Shown here: positions 6,486-16,085 of the stretch, one piece after another | Layout: each line of letters begins with the position of its first letter | How positions within the stretch are numbered: the first letter of the stretch is position 1 | Assembly: GCA_018400815.1 (NCBI GenBank) | Contig: JAGYLS010000016.1 | Coordinates: 1-29,053, forward strand | DNA: 29,053 nt | From: Candidatus Oleincola secundus | GTDB lineage: Bacteria > Atribacterota > Phoenicimicrobiia > Phoenicimicrobiales > Stramentimicrobiaceae | Reading direction: 5' to 3' | Notes under the pieces: generated by a model | The model's input: only the letters and a program-made list of their open reading frames with translations | Database searches by the model: none | Told to the model about the DNA's origin: nothing | Made by a program: the position numbers and the translations under genes

Positions 6486-8539
6486 TGAACAAGAAAAATG
6501 TTGCAGAAGTAATCCCATTAAAAATTAATCTAAATAAGGGATTTCATTATCTTATACCTTCCGAACTGAAGTCAATTGCCGATATTGGCAAAAGGGTAAA
6601 AGTATCTTTTGGGAATAGGAAAATAGTTGGTGTAATTGTTAAAATAATTACCGAAACCAACATCAAGAACCTGAAAGAAATAGATGAAGTCATTGACCCA
6701 TTTCCTATTTTATCCCCGGAAATAATTAATTTAACAGACTGGATTTCGAAGTATTATCTATGCCCCAGGGGGACTATTATTACTCATATTATCCCTTCCC
6801 AGGTGTCCAGAAAAAAAATTAACTCCCTTCTGGATAATATTCAAGAAAAGGGAAAATATTCCGAAAGTTCAGGTATTACAGAAAAGATAAATAACAATGG
6901 CTCCGAAAAGAGCAACCAACAATTTTTGCTCTTTGGTAACAAATCTTTTAAATCTGGAAATGATTCTTATAAGCCAATTCTTTTTCATTATCACAGCTAT
7001 AAGGTAAGAGATCGATATTATGATAAATGTATTAAAGAAATCGTACAACAGGGGAAACAAGCACTAATTCTGATTCCTGATCAGTGGTCTTGTGCACAGT
7101 TAAAGAAAAAAATGTTTCAAAAATATGGCAATGAATTGGGAATATTTGATAAAAAGGTTAATCAAACACAAAAATACCTTCGCTTTCTTCGTGTAGAAAT
7201 GGGCGATATTAAGGTTGTGATTGGAACCAGGTCAAATGTTTTTTTACCTTTTCGAAATTTAGGATTGATAATTGTAGAACAGGAAAATTCTTTATTATAT
7301 AAAGAGGAAAGAGTTCCTCGATATAATGCCAGGGAAGTTGCACTAACAAGAGGTAATTTAGGCTCATTTAAGGTTATTTTGGGCAGCTTTGCTCCGTCTA
7401 TTGAAAGTTATTGGCATGCGATGAACCGAAGATATATTTTAAAAACAGAAAAAATTTTAGTCAATTCTTATCAAAATTTTCCTGAGGTGCAAATAGTTAA
7501 TATGGAGGATGAAAAATCATTCCAAAAAATCATAAGCTTCCGATTGCAACAACAGATTGTTCACTGCCTTAAAGAAGGCGATAAAGTTATCCTTTTTCTC
7601 AATAGAAGGGGTTTTGCAGGTTATATGGTTTGTTCTCAATGCGGTTATGTGGTTAAATGTCCTAACTGTAATCATCTTTTGTCCTACCATGTTGAAGGTA
7701 ATTCCAAGTGGGTTGTTTGTCATGTATGTGGGAAAAAAGTCAAGATGGAAAAATATTGTCCCAAGTGTGGTAAAGGTGAAATAAAACCATTGGGAGCCGG
7801 AACACAGCATGTAGAAACGTTAATAAGAAGAATGTTTCCCAAGGCAGTTATCCAACGGCTTGATATTGATATTGCTCCAAAGATTAATACTCAAAGAAAA
7901 ATAATTAATGAATTTAACCAGGGAAAGATTGATATATTAATAGGAACTCAACTTCTCTTCCGAGAATTGAATTATCAACATGTTGGATTAGTGGGCTTGA
8001 TTTTAGTAGACCATCTGCTTAATATACCGGATTATAAATCAGCTGAATTATCTTTTCAGTTTATTTATCAGTTAGCTTTGAATTTTGCTGAACGAAAAGA
8101 ACCAAAAAAATTAATAATTCAAACTTATCAATTTGAACATCACGGCTTACAGGCAATAGAAAAATTGAATTATAATTTATTTTACCAACAAGAGACAATG
8201 ATAAGAGGAGAGCTTGATTACCCTCCTTTCACTAAAGTAATTAAAATAGACTTTGTGGGAAAGAAGGGGGAGAATGTAAAAAAAAGTGCTATTGATTTTA
8301 TAGATTATATTCAAAACTCAGACTTAGTATCAAAATATGAATTGGATTTTCAGTTGAAAAAGGATAATATTATTGTTGTTAGAGAAAAAGATAAAAATAG
8401 GAGTAGTTGTGTGCTAAAAATTAATACCCAAAAACAGGAGATAGATTATTTTAAAAAAAGTTTATTTCAATATATTTCGAAATATCAATCACGTAATGTA
8501 AAATTAGTAATTGATATTGATCCAATGAAAATGTATTAG
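6485..8539 (+). CDS. priA: Primosomal protein N' (PriA) with degenerate helicase motifs
   Basis: N-terminal 3'-binding domain (FHYLIP, GKRVKVSFG, YYLCP), VIGTRS, PRYNAREVA, LFLNRRGF, four CxxC pairs, ILIGTQ, YPPF. Sits between coaBC and def. Walker A/B and motif VI are altered. Confidence 0.92.
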   Translation: MNKKNVAEVIPLKINLNKGFHYLIPSELKSIADIGKRVKVSFGNRKIVGVIVKIITETNIKNLKEIDEVIDPFPILSPEIINLTDWISKYYLCPRGTIITHIIPSQVSRKKINSLLDNIQEKGKYSESSGITEKINNNGSEKSNQQFLLFGNKSFKSGNDSYKPILFHYHSYKVRDRYYDKCIKEIVQQGKQALILIPDQWSCAQLKKKMFQKYGNELGIFDKKVNQTQKYLRFLRVEMGDIKVVIGTRSNVFLPFRNLGLIIVEQENSLLYKEERVPRYNAREVALTRGNLGSFKVILGSFAPSIESYWHAMNRRYILKTEKILVNSYQNFPEVQIVNMEDEKSFQKIISFRLQQQIVHCLKEGDKVILFLNRRGFAGYMVCSQCGYVVKCPNCNHLLSYHVEGNSKWVVCHVCGKKVKMEKYCPKCGKGEIKPLGAGTQHVETLIRRMFPKAVIQRLDIDIAPKINTQRKIINEFNQGKIDILIGTQLLFRELNYQHVGLVGLILVDHLLNIPDYKSAELSFQFIYQLALNFAERKEPKKLIIQTYQFEHHGLQAIEKLNYNLFYQQETMIRGELDYPPFTKVIKIDFVGKKGENVKKSAIDFIDYIQNSDLVSKYELDFQLKKDNIIVVREKDKNRSSCVLKINTQKQEIDYFKKSLFQYISKYQSRNVKLVIDIDPMKMY

Positions 8540-8550
8540 GAGGAAAGAAG

Positions 8551-9036
8551 ATGGCTATTTTAAAATTACATAAATATGGCTCCCCTGTATTAAGGGAGAA
8601 GGCGATGCAGGTTGCCAAAGTTGATAATGAGATTCGGGAACTTGTGGAAAATATGATTGAAACTATGTATGCTGAGGGAGGCGTTGGATTAGCCGCACCC
8701 CAGGTTGGTGTTTCAAAAAAGGTAATCGTTATTGATACAGAGGAAAAAGGCATTATTGTTTTAATCAATCCTGTAATTATTAAACGTGAAGGAGAATCAA
8801 AAGAAGAGGAAGGTTGTTTGAGTGTTCCCGGTGTTTATTCTCCTGTTAGAAGGTCTTATTCGATTACCGTTGAGGCTTTAGATTTGGATGAGAATAAGAT
8901 TCGAATTACCCAGGAAGGCTTCCTGGCCATTGCTTTGCAGCATGAAATAGATCATTTAGAAGGTTATCTATTTATAGATAGACTGAGTCCTGCAAAAAGG
9001 TTAATGATTAAGGATAAATTAAAAGAGATTGAATAG
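8551..9036 (+). CDS. def: Peptide deformylase
   Basis: GVGLAAPQVG, EGCLS, QHEIDHL. Confidence 0.97.
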   Translation: MAILKLHKYGSPVLREKAMQVAKVDNEIRELVENMIETMYAEGGVGLAAPQVGVSKKVIVIDTEEKGIIVLINPVIIKREGESKEEEGCLSVPGVYSPVRRSYSITVEALDLDENKIRITQEGFLAIALQHEIDHLEGYLFIDRLSPAKRLMIKDKLKEIE

Positions 9037-9057
9037 ACAATTTAAGGGGGTTATATT

Positions 9058-10008
9058 TTGAGAACCATTTTTGTAGGCACTTCATCATTTGGTATTCCTG
9101 TTCTAAGAAAGCTTATTTCTTTAGGAGAAGATGTTGTAGCAGTTATTACTCAACCGGATCGACCGGCAGGAAGAGGTAAAAAAATGCATCCATCTCCTAT
9201 TAAGGAAGTGGCACTCGAATATGGATTATGCTTATTCCAACCTGAAAATATTAATTCCGAAAGCGCTATTGAAAAGATTAAAAGGTTTGAACCGGATTTA
9301 ATTATTTTAATTGCATACGGTCAGATACTTTCCAGGGAAATATTAAAGATACCCCCTCGAGGATGCTTGAATGTTCATCCATCTTTATTGCCTTATTATA
9401 AGGGGTCTGCACCTATCCAGTGGACAATTATCCGAGGCGAACAAGAGACGGGTATAAGCTTTTTGTTTATGAATGAGAAAATTGATGCAGGTGATATGAT
9501 ATTGCAGAAAAAAGTTAAAATATTACCGGAAGAAAATCAACAGGAATTGAGCAATAGACTTTCAATAAAAAGTGCTGAAATGATGGCAGTAGTCCTTGAT
9601 ACCATAAAAAAGGGAAATTATAAAAAAATTACCCAACCCCGGGGAAAATATTTCTATGCCAGAAAAATAGATAAAACGTATTGTAAGATTAATTGGAATA
9701 ATGGTGGTATAGATATTCTTAATTTAGTTAGAGGAATTGCCTATAGCCCCTGTGCCTATACTGAATTTAAGGGTAAAAGAATTAAAATTACCAAAGTCTT
9801 TTTAATAGAACCAATAGAGCAGAATCAGGACATATCAGAAAGGAAACCAGGGGATATTATGAGTGTCAGCAAAGAAGGAATACAAGTATTGGCTGGTGAT
9901 AATAGCAGGATTGTAATTAAGCGCCTTATTCTGTCTGGTTCTAAAGAGATGGATGTTTCTCAATTTATTAACGGGTATCAAATAAGAGTAGGAGATTCAT
10001 TTATTTAA
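9058..10008 (+). CDS. fmt: Methionyl-tRNA formyltransferase
   Basis: VITQPDRPAGRG, AYGQIL, NVHPSLLP..KGSAPI, DAGD. Follows def. Confidence 0.96.
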   Translation: MRTIFVGTSSFGIPVLRKLISLGEDVVAVITQPDRPAGRGKKMHPSPIKEVALEYGLCLFQPENINSESAIEKIKRFEPDLIILIAYGQILSREILKIPPRGCLNVHPSLLPYYKGSAPIQWTIIRGEQETGISFLFMNEKIDAGDMILQKKVKILPEENQQELSNRLSIKSAEMMAVVLDTIKKGNYKKITQPRGKYFYARKIDKTYCKINWNNGGIDILNLVRGIAYSPCAYTEFKGKRIKITKVFLIEPIEQNQDISERKPGDIMSVSKEGIQVLAGDNSRIVIKRLILSGSKEMDVSQFINGYQIRVGDSFI

Positions 10009-10070
10009 TATTTTATTCTGTCTGGCAATATATTTTTGTAAACCTAAAAACAGGAAAAAGGAAATAAGGT

Positions 10071-11447
10071 TTGAATTTTACAAATATAAGGGAATTAATT
10101 TTAGAGATATTAATTCGAGTTGAAAAGCATAGTGCTTACTTGAATATCTTAATTAAACACTATTTAAATCAGTACTCTATTAAAAGTGAAGATAAGGCGC
10201 TTGTTCAGGAAATAACCTATGGTGTAACCCGCTTTAGAAAGAAACTAGATTGGATTATTAATCAATTTCTTAATAGCCAGAGCAAGAAAATACCGCTAGC
10301 AATTCAGAGTATTTTAAGAATTGGTGTTTATCAAATTGTTTACTTAGACAAAATACCGAATTATGCTATAGTTAATGAATCAGTTGAATTAGCAAAAAAA
10401 AGTAAGAACCCCAAGTATTCAAAATTAGTTAATGCAATATTAAGAAACATTATTCGAAAATTAGACAATATCTATTGGCCTGATATTAAACGAGATCCAA
10501 TAGAATATATTTCAGTATTCTATTCTTTTCCTGAGTGGTTAGTGAAAAGATGGGTAAAAAGATTCGGGCTGGATTTGTGTATCATTATTTGTCAAACTAT
10601 GAATAAAAAGCCAAATATAACCTTACGTATCAATTCATTAAAGATTAATATGCCTGACTTGAAGAAAAAATTATCCGAATCAGTAATTCTTTTTAAAGAA
10701 GGACAGTTTCTTCCTTCTGAATCTCTTGTCCTTGAGGAATTTGTGAATATTGGTAATTCTGCAATGTTTAAGAATGGTTTATTTTCGATTCAGGATGAAA
10801 GCTCTTCTTTAGCATCAAGGTTGTTAAACCCATTGCCAGGCCAAATAGTTATTGATATGTGCAGTGGACCGGGTGGAAAAACTTCTCATATGGCACAATT
10901 GATGAAAAATCAAGGGAAAATTATCGCTTTTGAAAAAAATCAAAAAAGATTAGAGATGGTAAAAAGTGAATGCCAAAGACTGGGCATTAATAACGTTACA
11001 AGCATGCTGAGTGATGTTACCAGTTTTGATGCTGATTATTTTGAAAAAGCGGATAAAGTATTGGTTGATGCCCCTTGTTCCGGAACAGGAGTTATCAGGA
11101 AGAAACCTGATCTTAAATGGAAGAATATAAATGATAGCCAATTAAAAAATACAACTAAGTTACAGGAAAAAATATTAAATATTGCTTCCAGTTATTTAAA
11201 ACCGGGCGGAGAATTACTTTATTCTACATGCAGCATAGAAGCTGAAGAAAATGATTGGATAATCAAAAAATTTCTTAAGAATAACAAGCAATTTGTTGTT
11301 CAAGATACTTCCTCTTTTGTTAATGAATATAGCGTGATAAAATATAATACTGAAATAGGGCAATCTATTCAAATTCTCCCTGGTTATTCTGGTAAGAATG
11401 TTGATGGATTTTATATGGTGAAGATAAAGAAATGCATGATAGGGTAA
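10071..11447 (+). CDS. rsmB: 16S rRNA m5C967 methyltransferase RsmB/Sun
   Basis: NusB-like N-domain (VNESVELAK, VNAILR), QDESS, DMCSGPGGKT, DAPCSGTG, YSTCS. Confidence 0.95.
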   Translation: MNFTNIRELILEILIRVEKHSAYLNILIKHYLNQYSIKSEDKALVQEITYGVTRFRKKLDWIINQFLNSQSKKIPLAIQSILRIGVYQIVYLDKIPNYAIVNESVELAKKSKNPKYSKLVNAILRNIIRKLDNIYWPDIKRDPIEYISVFYSFPEWLVKRWVKRFGLDLCIIICQTMNKKPNITLRINSLKINMPDLKKKLSESVILFKEGQFLPSESLVLEEFVNIGNSAMFKNGLFSIQDESSSLASRLLNPLPGQIVIDMCSGPGGKTSHMAQLMKNQGKIIAFEKNQKRLEMVKSECQRLGINNVTSMLSDVTSFDADYFEKADKVLVDAPCSGTGVIRKKPDLKWKNINDSQLKNTTKLQEKILNIASSYLKPGGELLYSTCSIEAEENDWIIKKFLKNNKQFVVQDTSSFVNEYSVIKYNTEIGQSIQILPGYSGKNVDGFYMVKIKKCMIG

Positions 11448-11451
11448 TGGG

Positions 11452-11985
11452 ATGTTGTTAAAATTATTTATAGGAATTAGCCGTTTTCTTTTTTTGTTGG
11501 TTGTGGTGATAGCCACAGTGGCACTGGGAGGTTATATAGCTTTTTTGACTTATCAAACTATTTTTTATATACCTAATGTAAATGTTCCTTCTGTGCTGAG
11601 TATGGAGATTAACAATGCTCAACAGGTATTACATAAAACTGGCTTGAAGATGCTGGTTATTGATGAGCCTCTTTTCAGGGAAGGCGATAATCTTTTTGTA
11701 GTTGGACAGGATCCGCCACCGGGAACTGAGATAAAAAAGAATCGTACTGTAGAAGTAGAAGTAAAAGAAACAAAAGTTTCTAACCAGGTGCCTGATATAA
11801 TTGGGAAAACTACCAGGGAAGCTGAAGAGTTGTTGGCAGAACAGGGTTACAGCTTTGGGAATATTGCTTATTCAATGCATCATCAATTGCCTCAGGGTAG
11901 AATAATCGCCCAAAACCCGAATCCGGGAGAAAATATTGGAAGTAACGGTGAGGTTAATATCTTGGTAAGCAAGGGACTGTATTAA
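11452..11985 (+). CDS. Membrane-anchored protein with two PASTA domains and no kinase domain
   Basis: N-terminal TM, then VPSVL...A...L...GL...VVGQDPPPG and VPDIIG...EA...L...G...IIAQNPNPG....V.ILVSKG repeats. Confidence 0.85.
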   Translation: MLLKLFIGISRFLFLLVVVIATVALGGYIAFLTYQTIFYIPNVNVPSVLSMEINNAQQVLHKTGLKMLVIDEPLFREGDNLFVVGQDPPPGTEIKKNRTVEVEVKETKVSNQVPDIIGKTTREAEELLAEQGYSFGNIAYSMHHQLPQGRIIAQNPNPGENIGSNGEVNILVSKGLY

Positions 11986-12021
11986 GAATCAGTTGTTTAT
12001 CTATAATAGCAAGGTAAAAGA

Positions 12022-13146
12022 ATGATTGAAAATCAGGAATTAAAATATTGGTTAGCCTGGAACAAGGTTAAAGAAATTGGCCCCATTCGTTTTTCAAGCT
12101 TAATGAAATCCTTTTCTTCACTTGAAGAAGCCTGGCATAATAGCTCTAATAAAGAGAATATTATGAAAATATTACATGTCGGTCAGGATACTTGGAAAAG
12201 AATTGAATTGGAGAAACAAAAAATTGATCCAGACAATGAATTGTTATTACTGGAAAAAATGAAGGTCAATGTTGTCACTATTAAAGAAGATGCTTACCCG
12301 GTCTTATTGAAAAGTATATATGATCCACCACCAGTTATTTATTATCGCGGGAATTTTGTGGAAATCATGAGACGAAAAAAAGGTATTGCAATTGTTGGTT
12401 CCAGAAAGGCAACTTATTATGGAAGGAAAGTTGCCCGTGAAATTGCCTTAGAATTAGCCTCTCGTGGTTATATTATTATCAGTGGATTGGCAAGAGGAAT
12501 TGATACTAATGCACACCTTGGTGCACTTGAAGCTGGTAGAGAGACGATAGCAGTTTTGGGATGTGGCATTGACCGGGTTTATCCTGCAGAAAACAGGTCA
12601 TTGGCTTATCGTATTATAGAAGATGGTGCAATAATCTCTGAATTTCCTATATATACCAAGCCGGAAAAAAGTAATTTTCCCAGAAGAAACCGAATAATCA
12701 GTGGATTGACACTGGGCACTTTAGTTGTAGAGGCTGCTAACAAGAGTGGTGCTTTAATCACTACTGATTTTGCACTTGATCAGGGGAGAGAGGTTTTTGC
12801 TATTCCGGGCAGCATACATTCTTTTCTTTCTATAGGTTGTCATGATTTGATTAAGCAGGGAGCTAAGCTGGTGAATAATTTCCAGGATATAATAGAAGAA
12901 TTGGAAGAGAAAAGTGATTTTATTGAAGAAAAAGATGCTATAGTAAAAGAAGAGAAGATATTTACTGAAAATTTAACCGATTTTGAAAAAAATTTTTTAA
13001 AGTATATATCTATTGAACCATTGCATATTGACGAAATTACTGATTTAACAAAGCTGCCTCCGGCTAAAGTAAATGAGACGTTATTATCTCTTGAATTAAA
13101 AAATATAATTAGAGAGATTGAAGGTAAAAGATTTATACGTATATAA
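12022..13146 (+). CDS. dprA: DNA-processing protein DprA/Smf
   Basis: YP.LL..IYDPP, AIVGSR, ISGLARGID, FPRRNRIISGL, SGALIT, LIKQGA, and a C-terminal winged helix (LLSLEL). Confidence 0.96.
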   Translation: MIENQELKYWLAWNKVKEIGPIRFSSLMKSFSSLEEAWHNSSNKENIMKILHVGQDTWKRIELEKQKIDPDNELLLLEKMKVNVVTIKEDAYPVLLKSIYDPPPVIYYRGNFVEIMRRKKGIAIVGSRKATYYGRKVAREIALELASRGYIIISGLARGIDTNAHLGALEAGRETIAVLGCGIDRVYPAENRSLAYRIIEDGAIISEFPIYTKPEKSNFPRRNRIISGLTLGTLVVEAANKSGALITTDFALDQGREVFAIPGSIHSFLSIGCHDLIKQGAKLVNNFQDIIEELEEKSDFIEEKDAIVKEEKIFTENLTDFEKNFLKYISIEPLHIDEITDLTKLPPAKVNETLLSLELKNIIREIEGKRFIRI

Positions 13147-13175
13147 ATAAACAAAGAAGAAAGTTTTGTTTATTT
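13145..13175 (+). terminator. AT-rich stem-loop after dprA, possible terminator
   Basis: AAATAAACAAA (13145-13155) pairs with TTTGTTTATTT (13165-13175), followed by T-rich sequence. Confidence 0.4.
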
Positions 13176-13186
13176 GGTTTATTTAG

Positions 13187-13215
13187 TTGCTAGAATAAAA
13201 ATGCTCCTGTATAAT
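13187..13215 (+). promoter_or_regulatory. sigma70 promoter of tRNA-Pro
   Basis: TTGCTA (13187-13192), 17 nt, TATAAT (13210-13215). Confidence 0.7.
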
Positions 13216-13238
13216 AATATTTGTGTTGATTACAGAGT

Positions 13239-13316
<78 letters not shown>

Positions 13317-13344
13317 TAGCTTTAAATTAATTTGAGGAAAATAA

Positions 13345-14577
13345 TTGGAAAAGAAAAATTTTCTCTGTACAGGATGCCAAAAAAAATATCCGTTAGACAG
13401 GACATTTCCCCGCTGTGATGATTGTTTTGAGCCATTGGAAGTAGAAATTACCCAGGGTGAAATTTCTAAAAAAAGAAATTATATATCTAATAATTATACC
13501 CTTAATCAAAATATTTTAGATAGATATGCGTCATTTTATCCCTTATCCCGGATAAACCACAAACTTTCTTTAAGAGAAGGCTTTACTCCTTTAATTCCAA
13601 CAAATCAATTGTCCTCAATTTTAGATTTGGATAACTTGTACCTGAAAAACGAAACCGTTAATCCGACCTGGTCTTTCAAAGATAGGGGGACCTTTGTTTG
13701 TTTGCAGCATGCTAAAAATCTTGGTTATACACGGATTGGAACTGTTTCCAGCGGGAATATGGCTGTTTCGGTAGCTGCCTATGGTGCCCGCGCAAATATG
13801 CAGACCTTTATTTTGGTCAGTTCTGATATGCCTCTAGAAAAGATTCAACCTATTTTGATTTACAATCCGGTTCTTATTAAGGTAAAAGGTGATTATGGGC
13901 AATTATATTATGAGAGTTTAAAGATTGGTCAGGAAACAGGCATTTATTTCCTTAATTCCGATGTTCCTTTTAGGGTAGAGGGTTCAAAGAGTATCTCTTT
14001 TGAAATTTGTGAGCAACTGGGTTATGATGTTCCTGACTATGTTGTAATACCAACTAGTTCAGGAGGAAATTCAAGAGGGATAATTAAAGGATTTTTAGAG
14101 TTTTATCAACAGGGTCTAATAAATCGTTTACCCAGAATTATTTGTGTGCAATTGGAAGGATGTGCTCCCATCTATCAAGCATGGAAAAATAAAGATGAAA
14201 AAATTTCACCAGTTCAGGAACCAAAAGCCATTGATCACGCTATTGCCAATCCATATCCGCCCAGCGGAAATGAATTGCTAAGAAAATTGAGAATGTATGA
14301 TGGGATGGTTACTACTGTTTCCGATAATGAAGCTCTTGAAAGCCAAGTTTTATTGGCGAAAGAGGGTATTTTTGCTCAACCAGCTGCTGCAGTATCTATA
14401 GCTGCAATTAAAAAATTAAGGGCTAATGGAATAATAGATAAAAAAAATAAATGTGTTGCTATTATTACCGGTTCAGGTCTAAAATATTCAGGTATACTAA
14501 ATAAGCATAGTTTTGGTTCGGAAACATGTACATTAAAAACTATGAAAGAAAAGATTGTCTCAATATTAGAAAAATAA
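13345..14577 (+). CDS. thrC: Threonine synthase-like PLP enzyme (fold type II)
   Basis: N-terminal Zn ribbon (CTGC..CDDC), EGFTPL, NPTWSFKDRG (PLP Lys), SSGN, EICEQLG, ITGSGLK. Confidence 0.85.
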   Translation: MEKKNFLCTGCQKKYPLDRTFPRCDDCFEPLEVEITQGEISKKRNYISNNYTLNQNILDRYASFYPLSRINHKLSLREGFTPLIPTNQLSSILDLDNLYLKNETVNPTWSFKDRGTFVCLQHAKNLGYTRIGTVSSGNMAVSVAAYGARANMQTFILVSSDMPLEKIQPILIYNPVLIKVKGDYGQLYYESLKIGQETGIYFLNSDVPFRVEGSKSISFEICEQLGYDVPDYVVIPTSSGGNSRGIIKGFLEFYQQGLINRLPRIICVQLEGCAPIYQAWKNKDEKISPVQEPKAIDHAIANPYPPSGNELLRKLRMYDGMVTTVSDNEALESQVLLAKEGIFAQPAAAVSIAAIKKLRANGIIDKKNKCVAIITGSGLKYSGILNKHSFGSETCTLKTMKEKIVSILEK

Positions 14578-14611
14578 ATTTTAAAGAGATAAAAAATATT
14601 TTTTAGTTATT

Positions 14612-14637
14612 AAATCGTCCTCCGGGACGTTTTTTTA
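14612..14637 (+). terminator. Intrinsic terminator after thrC
   Basis: CGTCC-TCCG-GGACG hairpin (14616-14629) followed by 7 T. Confidence 0.75.
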
Positions 14638-14690
14638 TTAAAATACTTATTTATATTTGATATAAGTAAAAGAGTAAGAAGGTGATTTAG

Positions 14691-16085
14691 GTGAGCAAAC
14701 AATATGATGCAATTATTGTAGGTGCAGGGCCAGCAGGTATTTTTGCGGCGTTGGAGTTGTTAAAGAATAATAATGACCTTGATATTTTAATCCTGGAGAA
14801 AGGTAAAAAAATCGATCAAAGGAAATGTCCGATGAGAGAACAAAAAATACCTTGCCAGCACTGCAACCCTTGCTCGTTATTGTCTGGCTGGGGTGGCGGA
14901 GGAGCATTTAGTGATGGAAAGTTGAATTTAACCGGAAGTATTGGTGGTCTTCTCTCTGATTATTTAACAGAAGAAGAATTAGCTCAGTTGATAAAATACA
15001 TAGATGATATATACCTTCAATTTGGTGCGGATAAAAATATTTATGGTACTAATCAGGAAGAAATAAATCATATTAGAAAAGAGGCAGCAAAAGCAAACCT
15101 TAAATTTATTTCTGCTAGAGTTCGACACCTTGGTACCGAGAAATGTTTTGAAGTATTAAAAAATATTTTCTATTCACTTAAAGATAAAATTGAGATTAGA
15201 ACCTCGGTAGAAGTTAAAGAAGTAATTAGAAAAGATGACCGCGTTAGTGGAATAATTACTACAACAGGAGATATTATCAATTGTAGCTATCTTATCTTAT
15301 CTCCGGGCAGGGTAGGTTCTGAGTGGCTGAAAAGACAGGCAATTAAGTTGGATTTGAAAGTTTTTAATAATCCGGTTGATGTTGGTGTAAGAGTAGAGCT
15401 ACCGGCTATTATAATGGAACATATTACTGATACTTTCTATGAGTCAAAATTAGTATATTACACAGCTCAATTTGACGATAAGGTCCGAACTTTTTGTATG
15501 TGTCCTCATGGAGAAGTAGTAATAGAATATAATGACCGGATTACTACAGTAAACGGGCATAGCTATAAAGATAAAAAAACAGAGAATACAAACTTTGCAT
15601 TGCTTGTGAGTACTAATTTTACGGAACCATTTAAAGAGCCGATTGCTTATGGAAAATATATTGCTAACTTAGCCAATATTTTAAGCGGCGGAGTCATTAT
15701 ACAGCGTTTAGGGGATTTAGTATCTGGAAGAAGGTCCACTATTGAAAGAATAAATCATTCAGTTGTTAGCCCTACTCTTGAGAGTGCTACTCCGGGTGAT
15801 TTAAGTTTTGTTTTGCCCTATAGGATACTCAGTGATATTATTGAAATGTTAAAAGCATTGGATAAAATTGCGCCAGGTGTATTTTGCAAACAAACACTAT
15901 TATATGGGGCAGAAGTAAAATTTTATTCTGTAAGATTAGAGCTATCAAGATTTCTTGAAACAAAGATTCAAAACCTTTTTGCAATTGGTGATGGAGCGGG
16001 AATTACCAGAGGATTGGTTCAAGCATCAATGTCCGGTGTTATTGCAGCCAGAGAAATTAAAAATAGAACAGGAACATTGCATTGA
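14691..16085 (+). CDS. Uncharacterised FAD-dependent oxidoreductase (COG2509-like) with a Cys cluster
   Basis: GAGPAG Rossmann motif, CP-x6-CQHCNPC, GWGGGGAFSDGKL, VRTFCMCPHG, GDGAGITRG. Confidence 0.85.
   Translation: MSKQYDAIIVGAGPAGIFAALELLKNNNDLDILILEKGKKIDQRKCPMREQKIPCQHCNPCSLLSGWGGGGAFSDGKLNLTGSIGGLLSDYLTEEELAQLIKYIDDIYLQFGADKNIYGTNQEEINHIRKEAAKANLKFISARVRHLGTEKCFEVLKNIFYSLKDKIEIRTSVEVKEVIRKDDRVSGIITTTGDIINCSYLILSPGRVGSEWLKRQAIKLDLKVFNNPVDVGVRVELPAIIMEHITDTFYESKLVYYTAQFDDKVRTFCMCPHGEVVIEYNDRITTVNGHSYKDKKTENTNFALLVSTNFTEPFKEPIAYGKYIANLANILSGGVIIQRLGDLVSGRRSTIERINHSVVSPTLESATPGDLSFVLPYRILSDIIEMLKALDKIAPGVFCKQTLLYGAEVKFYSVRLELSRFLETKIQNLFAIGDGAGITRGLVQASMSGVIAAREIKNRTGTLH

Noticed and set aside
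6478..6486. Extended -10-like TGCTATAAT at the coaBC/priA junction
   Set aside because: It arises from the stop/start overlap (TAATG), and a transcript from it would start inside priA.
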